Shown here: positions 1-13,317 of the stretch, one piece after another
Position numbering within the stretch: the stretch's first letter is position 1
How the letters are laid out: each line of letters begins with the position of its first letter
Assembly: GCA_964035545.1 (NCBI GenBank)
Contig: OZ037768.1
Location: 20,443,700 to 20,507,699 of the forward strand
Length of the DNA: 64,000 nucleotides
Reading direction: 5' to 3'
DNA from: Bugula neritina
Taxonomy: Eukaryota; Animalia; Bryozoa
Program-made: the position numbers and the translations under genes
Notes under the pieces: model-generated
Told to the model about the DNA's origin: nothing
The model's database searches: none
What the model saw: the letters and a program-made list of their open reading frames with translations, nothing else

Positions 1-425
1 CATGATTTTATAAATCAAAAGTTTTCTTCCTGTTATGGTAAAAAAACTGCATTAGCAGCTTCGTATTCTAGTTTTGACACTGTTTGGTTTCCAGATCTTT
101 CTAATTACAAGATCGTTTTTCACAGTATATACATGGAAGAGCATTAAATAGAAACATTTTCTGTGTTCTGCAAAGGGAAAGCCCAATCTAAACAATAGCA
201 GCTTCTCTAGAAGTGTTATTTGGCTAATTTATTTCTTTGCTTTCTGGAGCCATCAAATTAGTCCAGGCTTTCTAGTAGCTTGCCTTTCCATTAAAACTTT
301 GACCAAGTGTACTACAACCTGCGAAAATGTGCGAAATGTGTTCAGAAAGCTGTAAATGTGAATCTAAATTTTAATACCAAGCGCCAACTACCTGATAATG
401 GTTTTGTTTCTTATTCTGTCTGTAG

Positions 426-2613
426 TGTGAAGGACCGATAGAGCCTGGAGATGTGGCTCTATTCGCCGCCAGGGCCGGATCTAACTGCCAGTGGCACCCC
501 CAGTGTTTCGTCTGTGAGGAGTGCGAAGAGTTGCTGGTGAACCTGATTTACTTTTATAAAGATGAAAAGATTTATTGCGGTAGACATTACGCAGAAAAAC
601 AGAAGCCGAGGTGTAATTTTTGTGACGAGGTAAGAGTTGGACTAATTTTTAAAACGAGTACCAAGTATGATTTGAAACTTATTCATGCTGCTAGGGTTTA
701 GTAAAGTGAGTGTGACTTAGCAAATAGGGGCTCTAATGCAGATAGCAAATGATGAAAAGGCTATTCCACTTTATTAAACTTGAACCCAGTTTGTTTGTTT
801 AGTGTGTGCCCATATAAGAAGATCAGGGTCTACGACATTATTGGTACTTTGTTTTACTACTATTGTCTAAATCACGCCCAGGGTGTTAAGACAATGACCA
901 AGTTACGTCAGCAACAACAAGCATTAAAGCTGACAATTTCAGCAAGTTATCAAGTTTGATCTGTACTACAAATGACGTCATTTAAATGGGTTGCGTTCCC
1001 TTTTAACTTACAAATATGTAGATAGTTAAAGTATACAGCTGTGTTGCTACATTGTCCAACTTTGGCAAGATTTAAACAACTGTTGTGTCCATACAAAAGT
1101 TTTGAAGATTTTGTGTTGAAACAGTTATCTCGCTAAGACTGTTAATTATATTTGGTAAAGTTTTCCAATGTGATATCAACAGTAGTAATTGTAGATTTAC
1201 TTCTGCTTATATCTGTTAGAATATCTGTATATAAACGCTGTTGGAATTTTATTTCCTACTTTTCAGCTGATTTTCGCGGAGGAATGCACAGAAGCTGAAG
1301 GTTCTTGTTGGCACATCAAACATTTCGCGTGTTTCGAGTGCAAGAGACAACTGGGAGGCTCACGGTATGTAATGAGAGACCGGGTGCCATATTGCTGCGA
1401 GTGCTTTGACCGAAGACTGGCGGAGTATTGCGCCGCTTGTGGTAAGCCTATAAGAGTAGACGAGGGGCAGATGAGTTACGGCACACAGTTCTGGCACGCC
1501 TCAGACACCTGTTTTCGTTGCAGCACTTGTGACAGGGTGTTACTCGGCCATCACTTTCTCTCCACTAACAGTAGTTTATATTGCTCAATAGAATGTAGTC
1601 GAGGGATCACCACGCATAGTGACAGTCACAGTATACATCAGAGTCCTGTTAGTCACAGTACGGAACTCTCACCAATTCAGGAGCGCTTGCAGTGCTCAGA
1701 TGATCCTTGGATCTTCAGAAGGTCATCTGAGGAAAGGTTTGGAGGCGGTGTTTTGCCTCCCCCAATTCGACGATCCTTGCCAGACCTGAACACAGAAGAT
1801 GAGCTGACTGATGTTGACCGAAGACCACCACCTCTGCCCCCCAAAACGAGAGTAAAATCAGAACACAACTTAGTTCCTGCTCGTCTCATGGAAGAGAATA
1901 GACTGTTTCATGCCTCAAAACAAAAGTGCGTTAAGTGGACCGAAAAAGATGTCAAGGAATGGTCCATCAGCCCAATAAGAAGTGACCTCCCTCAGCCTCA
2001 ACTCCAAGTAAAACCTAAAAAACTTAAAAAGTCTGCAGGAATGTCAAATTTAAAACCAAACATTAAAGTGGATCATTTAAAGGGACCTTCAATTCTCAGA
2101 CAAAGAATCTTTGACCAGTTGACAGACTCAAGTAGAAGTAAGGCTGGGTTGCCACATCCTCATTTCGAAGATAGCTCTAGTAGAAATCCCGCTACCTTTC
2201 GCCTGAATAAAAAATCAGCAGATTACCAACTAAAGAAGACGAAATTTTCAAAACAGCGAAGTGCTGTTCACTATTCACCAGACAGGAAGTTGGACCTGGA
2301 TGAGGAGTTGTCAGATGAGCTGCCCTGTAGATCTCCGAGTCGTAAGCAGAAGACGAGACTTAGCCGGGCGCAGCGCGAGCGTCTCTCTATGAGACGGTCA
2401 ACGAAGCAGATAGATGCGGCAGAAGATGCACTCAGCTCAGTCTCTAGTAGTAGTGACAGTGAAATTGACGATCAGTATGAAGCGGAGGTTATAAGAAATG
2501 GAGGTATGAGGTTGGCATTCGCTGACAACAAAATGGTGGCGTCTACAGCCAAATTCTCAAATCAAGCCAGGCGTGCTAAAAAGCATAAAACTGGCAATTG
2601 CACCGTTCAGTGA
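426..2613 (+). CDS. prickle: Prickle (planar cell polarity LIM protein), 3' portion; exons 426-629 and 1267-2613; PET-domain exons lie upstream of the window
   Basis: Spliced translation gives three LIM domains with prickle-type motifs ([41 protein letters not shown]; [20 protein letters not shown]; [11 protein letters not shown]), a Ser/acidic SSSSDSE block and C-terminal CaaX CTVQ*. Intron 630-1266 is GT-AG, phase 0. Confidence 0.92.
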
Positions 2614-5600
2614 ACTGCACACACCCACAAACTAGGTGACTATCAAAGGATTTTATTGTATATAAACTGATATTTTTCTCAATCATTTAAAAGCATTAAG
2701 GGTGCTGAATTTGAACATAAATTTGAACTTTTCATGCATACATACATACATGTATAATAATGGTATTTGTTGAGGCACTGATATATGGCAAACTAAAGAA
2801 ACAGGAAATTGACACAGTACAGTCATACCCTTAATTCTTCACTTTTCTACTAATCTGGTTTTCAACCTACGATTATCAAAATTATGAATTGTAAATCTGC
2901 AGTGATTATTGGTGTACTTGTTCAGTCATAATATAGAATTCATTATTATTTGTAACATAAGCATACCATATATTTATTTATTTATTAGCTTTGTACAGGT
3001 ATATAAATGTGTAGCAAGTTTCATTATTTATGGTTATACTCATTATTATAATTATATCTCATTTCAGTGCAATTTATTTATTTAAATATATTTTATTGTA
3101 ATAATATTTCGACTGTTTGACTTCTGAATGATCAAAGCAAGTTTCAATTGAATGCTTTGTCATGTTAGTATATACCACAACAGCAATGCTCAGTTAGGGA
3201 GATGCCGAGTATTTAAAATAATAAGTGTTATACATTTACTCATAAGCAGTGAGGCATAACTACAGATATGTCTTTGAGCGAATAGAAAGCATTATTGAAG
3301 CATAATTCAATGCAAACAAAACTATCAATTTTGTAAAAAAAAACTTCTGCAAGCAAACACTGCTTTGAAGCAGCGGTTCTATAAATAAGTATGAAAAGGG
3401 CTACAGAGTTTCTTATTATTTAGTGACTCACTCGATGTCTAGCCAACAGCAACTATATATTCACAGGTGAAAGTGTGTGTAGAACATACCTTTCCTATGT
3501 TAGTAAGCTGCCTAATTTCTTGATCATGTCAAGCTTAGCAGCATATGCTATAGGAAACTAGTACAAAATAACCTACAGACGAAATCAGTGAAATACCTTT
3601 AAATAAACAATTTAATAACATGCTTATTGCTGGGCATTTTACTTTAGAAAATGTTCATTGGGGCCATTTGTCAATTAGCAAGAATGTAATAAACTCGACA
3701 AATTTCATTTCCACCTGAAGATGAACAAAGGATGAAGACAAAACAATATTTAACCTGAAGTTATGGGTGATTCTTAGTAACTAATTTATTGAATGAAGTA
3801 ATAATGAGATGTACTTAGAGCATGTTTGTGACATGTCATGATTCAGTCTGAGATATAAAACTGTCATGAAGGATTAGCCATCACCTGCATGGAGTGAGCA
3901 CCTACAACTACTTGCAACCACCTGCATGCTTCATCATCCATACACTCTGATATGACCGATTGTGTCATGTCTACTTTTTGAAAATGCCCTAATGTAAAAA
4001 ATACCTTCAAGAATAAGGCTTTAATAACAAACCACTCATTATTTCTCAGGATATCACGTAGACTGAACACAAGTCAAGCTGGCGTCTACCACGTACCATA
4101 GAGTCGTGTAAAGTAATATATGACAATATATTATACCTGAATTTGTGCCTTGATGACTGAGTTGGCACAAAGGTTAAGACGAGTCATTCAGTTTTCTATT
4201 GTTGACATCACATGACACATGACACTGCTGACTGGGCCAGGAGGCAGCATGTTTTTGCCCTTCCATTGTAATATTGCTGCTGCATTCATTGATTGTTGCG
4301 TGTTATTTGAGTGGTACTTGGCATGTGGATTGACACCTTTAGTTGAGTCAAATACTGAGCTTCTGGCTGCCAATAGCACCTTTATAAAGTGATGAGCTGC
4401 TTGTAAAGAAGTTCAGACTCGTATTTTTAGATTTGCTTGCGTTTCCATGGCTTCCTATTATGCTCTTACTGCGAATTTGTGGTTGTAGTTTGCATGAACT
4501 TATGATTGTGGTTTCATTCGAGCAACTGTTTCCAAACATGGAATGAAAAATCCATTCACATCATGCCAGCTTGGAGACAAGTGAATCTGTCTTTTACAAA
4601 GCAGAGCGAGTGGGACATTTTCTCAACAACCAATACCCTGTAAGAACACGAACTATTTATAAGTGTTTTCTTATCTAAACAGGAAAATCAATTAAAAATT
4701 AAAATACCAAATTATGTAATAACATTCCTCTTTAGTTTCAGCCATGAAGTAAGATAAAATCTTATTAGCAGAACAAAGAAGTATATCTGTAAGATCATTT
4801 GAATACAAGGGCTGGACTAATAACCATGCAGGCAACCTCATTGTGAAACAGCAGGTAGAAATGCAGGTAGCTACGCAACTGGTAATTTGTAAATGGATTT
4901 GGGTAACATGATTATAATGCACGCTATCTCAACCAACTCATGATGTTATGAGTATGGCACATGGGAGGAGAGTGTAGAGTGTTCCTAAGTCCTAACCTTG
5001 TTAGCAATAAATAGCACGAGACTCCAAGCTATTTCTTAAATCATAAACTAGTCAATAACACTGCTTTTCATTTCTACTTTCTTGTATAGCTGGTCATACA
5101 GAGTATGTCCATGCATTCAGTATGGAGTTAGACATGTTTATTTTAGTTGAGACTGTAGTTTTAGTTAATGTATTTCATAAGGAATATATAGATGTAATAT
5201 AGTCATCAAGTATAGTATTCTTACAAACTAGCCATAGCCTGTTTCATAAGCACATTATTTAAAGCACTGGTTGAGGATAAAAAAAGCAATAATTAATTTT
5301 GTCAATGCTTCAAGTATATGCAACTTTGATGGAGAAAACAACTTCAAATATAAAGTAGGATCCTGATTTGACTGCGTATTACTACACTCTTGTACATTGA
5401 TAGGAAAGATAAACCAAGAATATTTACATGTATTACTATAATTGTTGAAGATGCATAAATAATGGTTAGTGGTATATTCCATTTATAGAGTAGAACTATT
5501 GTCAATGAACTAATCAAGTGATATTTTTGTTCCAGGGTGGGGTGATAGACCTCCCCTCCCCCACACTAACTAACTGAGGTTTGCATCAATATAAACTGCT

Positions 5601-6576
5601 TTACTCTTTTTTCTCTTAAGACAGGTTAGGTTTTGGCAACTGTTATTTTATTATTTTATCTAGAAAAAATTATTTGCTGGAGAGGTGCACAAGGTACAAA
5701 CGTCACATGGAGCTATTTTGGTCTCTAGCTCCCATTAAAGTAGAGCCCACTGATTCACAGTGAATTATATTATGTATAACACAATTACTTGTTTCTTCAC
5801 GATTATAGCACTTTGTGATTTGGAACGGAAATTAATATAAAACCTAAACACAAGAAATTGCATGCCTCGATGATCGTTCCATAACTACAAAATAATATGC
5901 TCTAAAAATCTACAAGCATTATTAGCCTAGGGTATTCATGTAAACATACTGTAGATGATCGGTTTGACTGAGCTACCCAACCACACGACTTGGTTGCTGT
6001 ATTTATATATAATAAACCTAAAACCCATCTTCCCACAAACTGAGTTATATATACACGCAAATGTATTGCATAAAAACAATTATCAACAACTATTTGTATT
6101 TTGCAATCTATGCAAAGCTACTCATACAAAATAACCGAGTGAAACCATTAGAAGAAGAATAAAGGGTGGTATTGTTACAAAAGAGAATGATAAAAGAAAT
6201 AAATAGCATTTATTACAACATAATTCAAGAAGCTTATTTGAGTTGCAAAAGATTTTTTCCACAGTATAAAAATAGGATGGCCTGATAATGCAAAGAAGCA
6301 AGATTTAGACTTGCCTACATTGTAATCAGTTTGGATAAAAAAAATCTTAGATGTGGAAAATTAGTAAAAAAATACATTATATTATATTATTTACCACTAA
6401 AACGCTGAGATAAGTTTATAAATATAATAAAATAACATGAAGAGAAAAAAAATTCCAATTGGCAGAGTTACACAATACGGTAAATATTTATTATTTTTCA
6501 CTAAGTTTAGGATGTGTACAATTATACGCAATTCTCTCAATAATGCAAGTTTTCTATACGCTAGAAACTCAAAATA

Positions 6577-9500
6577 TCATGACCTTTTCAAGGTTGTTTC
6601 TGTATCAGGGCCGACGCCCTCTCGTTCTAGAACACTTTCAAAGAATGAGAAATCTTTTTCAGGTATGAAGTACCTCATCCCTGTAGAAAAGTAGCATCAG
6701 TTGTTACGGAGCTTAGTAAGTGCTAAATGGTAGGTTTAGCCAAGCAGAAGGTATTATATTATACACAACAGAGAACAAATCAACTTGTCACACCCACTGA
6801 ACAGTTGATGATATAAGCTTCACTATGTAGCCAGGCAAAAAATGCCGTTGATTTGTGTTATAATAGAATACTTCTGTGTTGTGTTGTGAATAAACTTGAT
6901 GGGTATTGATTAAAAATAGGATTAAAATATTAATCCACTAATCACTAATGAGCCGAGCATCAGCTTTCTGTCTCTTGCAAATACATCCAAATACAGCATT
7001 AATTGATAAAATCTCATATTAAATAAACAATCTTTTCAGCTTCCACCAGTTTTGAGTACTTTCACAGAACTTATAATTAAAAAGGTTCCCTATTAAATAA
7101 GACTCAATAATTAGTTAACTAGTTTATGATAAAGCTGAATGATCCAAAAACAATTGTTCTAATATTTTTGTTTATTTTTTCAAATAAATTGCTCATGTAA
7201 ATACCAACCATATAGAAGGTTTCTTCTGTGAGGACCGTATAGAGAGACCACTCTGTTGCAGAAGTCTTCGAAAGGAAGTCCCATGGTTAGCCACTGGTTT
7301 AGTAGAGTAGCAAATTGTTTCAGTTCCTCTGGGCTCAGTTTCTTGGGCAACTACGCAGGACAATGTTCAACTATTACTTCACCACAAAGGCTTGGTTAAT
7401 GAGATAATCAGACCAATGTTTAAATCTAATTGATTAAATACTAACTAGACTCTTAGATAATGCACTTGCACTGGTGTAAGATAGTCTTTTAATCTCCATA
7501 TCAAAACATCATTGAACATTAGTTACAGCATCTTTGTGTGCCAAGGGATTATTTGAATGAAGTTTCATTCACAAATAATATTTAGAAGACCTAGACATAT
7601 AAATAACAAAAAAGTGTACAATGAAAGGAAGTGATTAAAAAGAGGATGGGTTGTGATAAAAGCATTCCGATTATATAATCAAAATACAACCTAAACCCCA
7701 ACTTCAATGAATAATTCCAAGTCAGCTAAACCTCTCTCCACATGTTCTCTTAGAGGTGTTGGTGGACAGAGCCTAACCCATCACAAGAGTTGAAACTTTA
7801 TAAGAGTCAAACGATGTTCTCGTGCTACACAAACCAGTTACATAATCCTTAAAATCACAGCCTGTGAGTCAAGTCACCAAAACCTGCTGCAGAATGAGTA
7901 AGAAAGAAAATGGAAAAGCACCTTATCCATATAGTCTCTCAGCACGCCGTCACTGGTGCTCACTGTGTCTTGTAACTCGCTCTCTGATTCGCTGTTTCTT
8001 CTTCTGGATGTCCTTGACACAGTAGAGTGCCGTGAGGACATTGAGCGATCAACAGTTGAGCTTGTCATGCTATAACATAAACACAGTCTACTCTGCACGC
8101 CTTCATGAAATGACATGGGCGTAGAATGATCTATATTTAGATTTTAGACAGAGTATAATGCTGCATGGACACACTACTCATTATAAATGATAAATATTAC
8201 ATCACTGAAAGTGACTATGAAAATGAATACACATGAAACCCAGGCATACATATGCATAGAATGGGACTTACAACTGTGGAGTTTTGACCAGCTCGTGAAG
8301 CTGTAGCGGGGCGTTTCCAGTGAACGTACTCGTACCTGTAATAAGAACACAGTCTAAACTCGTAAACTGACATGTCATCATTAAACTGATGCTACCCAAC
8401 AGCCATCTAAGTGAGAAAGTGCCAACATTAAACCATAGCATTGAGATGTCTACAGTACTTTTTATTATAGTGTTAAAAAAGAACTCAAAACTAAGTAATA
8501 CTTTCTTAAAGTAAAACAAAGCACATACAAATGAACAAATTGTTGTTTATTACTCTTTGGAAAAAGAAACAGAAAAAGCTACACCCCCAGCAGCGTATAA
8601 TAGCTGCTGCTGTGTCTAATTCTCATATTACAAGTCAATTGATAAGAACAAGTATAAATAAGATCATCAAGTTAAATCAATGAATCACTGCCTGGAAAAT
8701 GATTTATTTTAAGATGACGAGGCATGACTCATGAGACATACCCGTAGAGCCAGGTTGACTTGAGTAGGTGCCGTTGTGCTCCAAGTTTTTATCGAATGCC
8801 TGCATAGTAGCTTCCGTATAGACTATCTGAAAACACTGGCCAACCAGTGAGCAGATCTCATGGGCTGTTTCCTGTAACAAACAGCCAATCAGCTTTTAAT
8901 ATTTATTGGCATCAACTAAGGAAATATATCTGTGATCAAACCTGTCAGCAAGCATAAATTGTTACAGCAAAATCGCTGTTTCCCTTTAAACTTTGTAGCA
9001 ATACCTCATCTGTTAGCTGAATGTTTAGACTAATGTGTGAAGGCGCAGCACGGTATAGCTAATTATGACATGGCATAATTTGATATGATAGAATCTGAAG
9101 TAATATAGCTTGATACAATATAACATGATACTATGATATATCATGATACTATGATATATCGTGATACTACGATATACCGCGATACTAAGACATATCATGA
9201 TGCTATGATATACCTTGATACTATGATATATCATAATACTATGATGTGTCATGATACTACGGTATATCGTGATACTATGATATATCGTGATACTATGGCA
9301 TATCGTGATACTATGATGCATCGTGATACTGTATAATAAACAGAACTCACTGACTTATCTGTATACATGACAGCCAGTTTACATATCTCCCTATCTTCAG
9401 CAGGGTTCCCATACTTTAGGGCTAGCATAGCCTGTGAATCTTCCTGTATGTAGCAGATATTGGCTACTTCAGCTATGGGGATCCGCAATATCGTCTCCTT

Positions 9501-10846
9501 AAATTGGATTACATTGTAGCATAACAACCTATACCAGCATGTAGAAGAAATTCTAGGAAAATTCTCCTTAATGTATGTGTGTGTGTGGGCGCCCATGCAT
9601 ATGTGGGTTTATGTATTTGTTTATGTGCAATGTTGTGTGTGTGTGTGTGTGTGTGATGTTGTATGTGTGTGTGTGCGATGTTGAGTGTGTGTGTGTGTGT
9701 GTGCGCGATGTTGCGTGTGTGTGTACGATGTTGTGTGTGTGTGTGCGATGTTGTGTGTGTGTGTGTGTGTGATGTTGTATGTGTGTGTGTGTGCGATGTT
9801 GTGTGCGCGATGTTGTGTGTGTGTGTGTGTGCGTGCGATGTTGTGTGCGTGTGCACGCGTATGTGAGTGTGTGTGTTAGGAAGGGTGTGTGTAATGTGCT
9901 ATAAAGTGGTCACATAACTCCAATATTACTCAAACAAAGGAGTGATAACTGCTTACAGCCCTGTTATATTATGTTACTATAGTTTAGTGTAAGTAATAGA
10001 CTCAGTATTATACCTCATCACCATCTCGTCTTGATATCTTTATATTGTTTACATTTAGACTAAATATTGCATCATGTTCTATAGTGGTTATGTATGGTAT
10101 ATCCCTCTCTCTCTGCAAACACAGCCAATTATTTCATCACATATGATTTATATTATATAATGTTTATATATGCATATATACATTTAAAAAAATAATTCTA
10201 CTTCAAACGAAATCCAGGACTACTTTTTAGCAACATGTAGGGTAATAAATAATAATAGAGCCTATCGAGGGTTAATACTCCTACAGTATAGTTTACTTAG
10301 TAATGCACTATAATTCTGATACAGCTATGGACTAATAATTTGTTGACTTCAACCCAAATGATAATTACCATTCCCCTGTCTATGATCCGCAGAACTTCAG
10401 TTCGGTTAGTTGAGTCCAGCACAAATGACACTTTTCTGATTATTCCAGCAAACTAAAACATCATATAATACATAATATTGCAAGGGAAATCATGAGTTGA
10501 TTGAAAATATTATAGTCTATATTACTTAGTAAAGTTTACTGCTAGTTAGCTCATATGAAAGCACAATTTCATCAAATTAAAATACTTCTACCTATATAAT
10601 ACTTATGCTGTAGAGGTTTCTACTATGTACAAACCGGTTGTATATAATTTAATAGTTTCTATTTACCCTAATTTCTTTCTCGTAGTACCCGCCATCTTTG
10701 AGGAGTATTTCCGGTTGAATTGTGTACTCTGGACCATCTAGATTGATGATGTTGAGTGGTCGCCGAGCTAGTAACCTATCAGCAATCCGCTTTTGCTCCT
10801 CCTTTTCTTTCTTGTTAGAACTATTTTTCTTAGCAACTCGATCCAT
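6577..10846 (-). CDS. CCM2: CCM2 / malcavernin (PTB + harmonin-homology domain), ~365 aa; exons 10846-10667, 10452-10369, 10112-10014, 9497-9351, 8871-8742, 8335-8272, 8069-7922, 7350-7209, 6680-6577
   Basis: All junctions GT-AG and in phase (1098 nt). Peptides RRPLN..EKEIR, STNRTEVLRIID, EHDAIFSLNVNNIKISRRDG, ILRIPIAEVA, EICSLVGQCFQIVYTEAT, LRDYM..KLSPEELKQFATLL, LYGPHRRNLLYGMRYFIPEKD correspond to the vertebrate CCM2 PTB and HHD motifs as I recall them. Start ATG and terminal exon are less certain. Confidence 0.9.
9100..9332. repeat. 18-bp intronic minisatellite (TGATACTATGATATATCG)n
   Basis: About 12 visible tandem units starting ~20 nt past the CCM2 donor at 9350. Confidence 0.9.
9573..9892. 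repeat. (GT)n-rich compound microsatellite with GATGTT interruptions
   Basis: Visible GT runs punctuated by CGATGTTG in a CCM2 intron. Confidence 0.95.
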
Positions 10847-11899
10847 TGCAACTACTGAGTAGACGCAGGGCAGTTCATACTAAAGGTAGGTGCAGTAATG
10901 GAGAAAAGCCTGTGTTCTAGATTAGAAATGCGACAAAAAGTTATGTTCTCGCAAGAATTTCAACTCATGCCCCTAACCAAAATTTAATAACAAAAATTAA
11001 AATACTTAGGCTATCTCAAATTCTCCATTACTGCTCCTAAATGGCATACTATTTTTAAGGCGGTGACTGTATGATATAAGTACCATTTTAAGGATATGAA
11101 CACGGATAAAAATACTAGGATACCTGAACTAAGACAAAAATAAAAAGTATGTTTCTCTAGTCCTGAACATCTAACTTTTAAAATTTCCTTCCTGAATCCC
11201 CATATACAGCCAAGTCTGAGATGATACATATCGAGAAAGTGAAAGGGCAATTTCATCATTGAAAAACTGAGAACTTTCCAGAAATGATCAAATTTCAACT
11301 GAAACAATCAGAATGAAATTATGAACTAAAAATTGAATAAAAAAAAACAAAAGAGAAAGTATGAATCTGCAATAAAAAAAATCTGCTGAATTTCTATGGC
11401 TTACTACCAGGCTTGAAAATATCTATCTCACTGAAACCCACTTTATCTGCATACAAAATAGGTTAATATGTCTCCCAAAATTTACAAACATAAACCAAGC
11501 GAAAGCTTCATCTCTGCACCAAACAAAACGGTGGAAAGTTTACTTTTGTATTTTATGTATTCTTCAATGTACATCCCTGTCACAACATTTTTATTCCCAA
11601 GAACAATATACATTAGAGCTCTAAGAGTACAATCCAATAACAACCAGTATGAAAAAAAACTGCTTGCTAAAGCTATTGACTACACCCTAACATAAAAAGC
11701 TAAGCCTTGTATATGGGCAAAGCAGTAAAATATTTATTTTAATCCGTAACCAAAATAACTGAATAAATAAAATATTGATTCGAATCAATATCAATAGTAA
11801 TAAATAAATATGAATAATGTATAAGTTAAATATCATTATAATTATCAGTTGATGCTATAAAATCATGCTAACACTTAAACTATCATTGAGGGTATAAGT

Positions 11900-12260
11900 A
11901 CTAGGTTTAGGATAAGTATCACTACCACTATCAGTATGACTATTACTACTATTACTGTACTATGAGTATGACTATCACTATGAGTATCACTATCAGGATC
12001 ACTATGACAGTATGACTATTACTATCAGTATCAGTATTACTATCAGTATCAGTATCACTATCACTATCAGTAATAGGTCAGTATGACTAGTCACTATGAG
12101 TATGACAATAGACATTCAAATTGACTTCGTTGAGTTTGACTATCAGTATCACTATTACATTCACAGTATCACTATGAGTATGAGTATGGTTATGAGTATG
12201 AGACATAACTGATAACTCATAAGACTAAGTATTAGTATAAGTATCAGTATGACTATGAGA
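11900..12260. repeat. Low-complexity (ACTATC/AGTATG/AGTATC) hexamer tract
   Basis: Degenerate 6-mer repeats visible directly. Confidence 0.8.
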
Positions 12261-12806
12261 ATCGAATTGATATTCAGTTTCACATTGACACAAGGATTGG
12301 CTTTGAAATTGATTTTGACTATCAACATCAATAAGAATATGATTATGGCAATGATGATATATTATAAATAATTTTATCAGAATGAATAATATTATAATAT
12401 TAATAAACAGTTATATAATAACCACAGTGTCGTTGAAGAACAACGGAAATAGCGTTTAATACATATAAAAACGGAGAAATATCTATATATTAATAGTATC
12501 GTAGCACTTCACCTTAATACTATTAATTTCTTGAGCTATTTTAACGAGTCGAGTTCTAACATTTTCTGGGCAGAGCCATTTTTTAAATAGACAAGTCTTG
12601 AACTAGAGGCATAAATTGTGTTGTTGCCCAAAAATTTGTTTCTGTTGCTCAAGCTGTGAAACTAAGTTTCAGTTTGCAATTGAAATTCAAATTAAAACGT
12701 GTTTTTTTAAAATATTTACTGTATAAGTGTATTATAATTAAAATAGCCATTGGCAAGTGAGATAAATTCGAATTGGGCCTATTGGTAGGTAATCGCCAGT
12801 AAATGT

Positions 12807-13220
12807 AATACTAATACTAATACTAATACTAATACTAATACTAATACTAATACTAATACTAATACTAATACTAATACTAATAGTAATAGTAATACTAATT
12901 GTAAATCACTAAATCAAAATGACTATCACTATGAGACTGAGTAATCATAATGGTATTGGTTATAATTCTTATTCTACTACCAATAGTGACAATACCACTA
13001 CTACTGTACTAGTACTACTACTAGTACTAGACAGCTACTGCTAGTAGAGTAGTACTAGTAGTACTAGTACTACGGCTATTCTAGTACTATTACTAGTACT
13101 AGTACTAGTACTAGTAGTAGTACTAGTACTAGTAGTACTATCACTAGTACTGGTAGTAGTATTCCTGCTACTAGTAGGACTAAGAGTGGTACTGGTAGTA
13201 CTACTACTAGTACTAGTTAG
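12807..13220. repeat. (TAATAC)n microsatellite followed by (ACT/TAG)n low-complexity tract
   Basis: Pure TAATAC run 12807-~12880; ACTAGT/TAGTAC-rich run 12990-13220. Confidence 0.9.
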
Positions 13221-13317
13221 TAGACACTTCATGATTATCTTGTACTCATTATCAAAGTCATGTTGATGCTGATAGTATCACTATCAGCATCAACATGGCT
13301 CTGAGGTGTCATTCCAG

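Noticed and set aside
250-330. Possible upstream prickle exon ending ..TTTCEN
   Set aside because: Translation does not resemble the PET/LIM1 linker and the donor is poor.
970-983. AAATGACGTCATTT palindrome (CRE site) in the prickle intron; also a 20-bp palindrome at 11772-11791
   Set aside because: Isolated short motifs in AT-rich DNA with no supporting context.
9025-9879. His/Thr-, Cys/Val- and IYHDTM-repeat ORFs
   Set aside because: Translations of micro/minisatellites in CCM2 introns; only 9351-9497 is coding.
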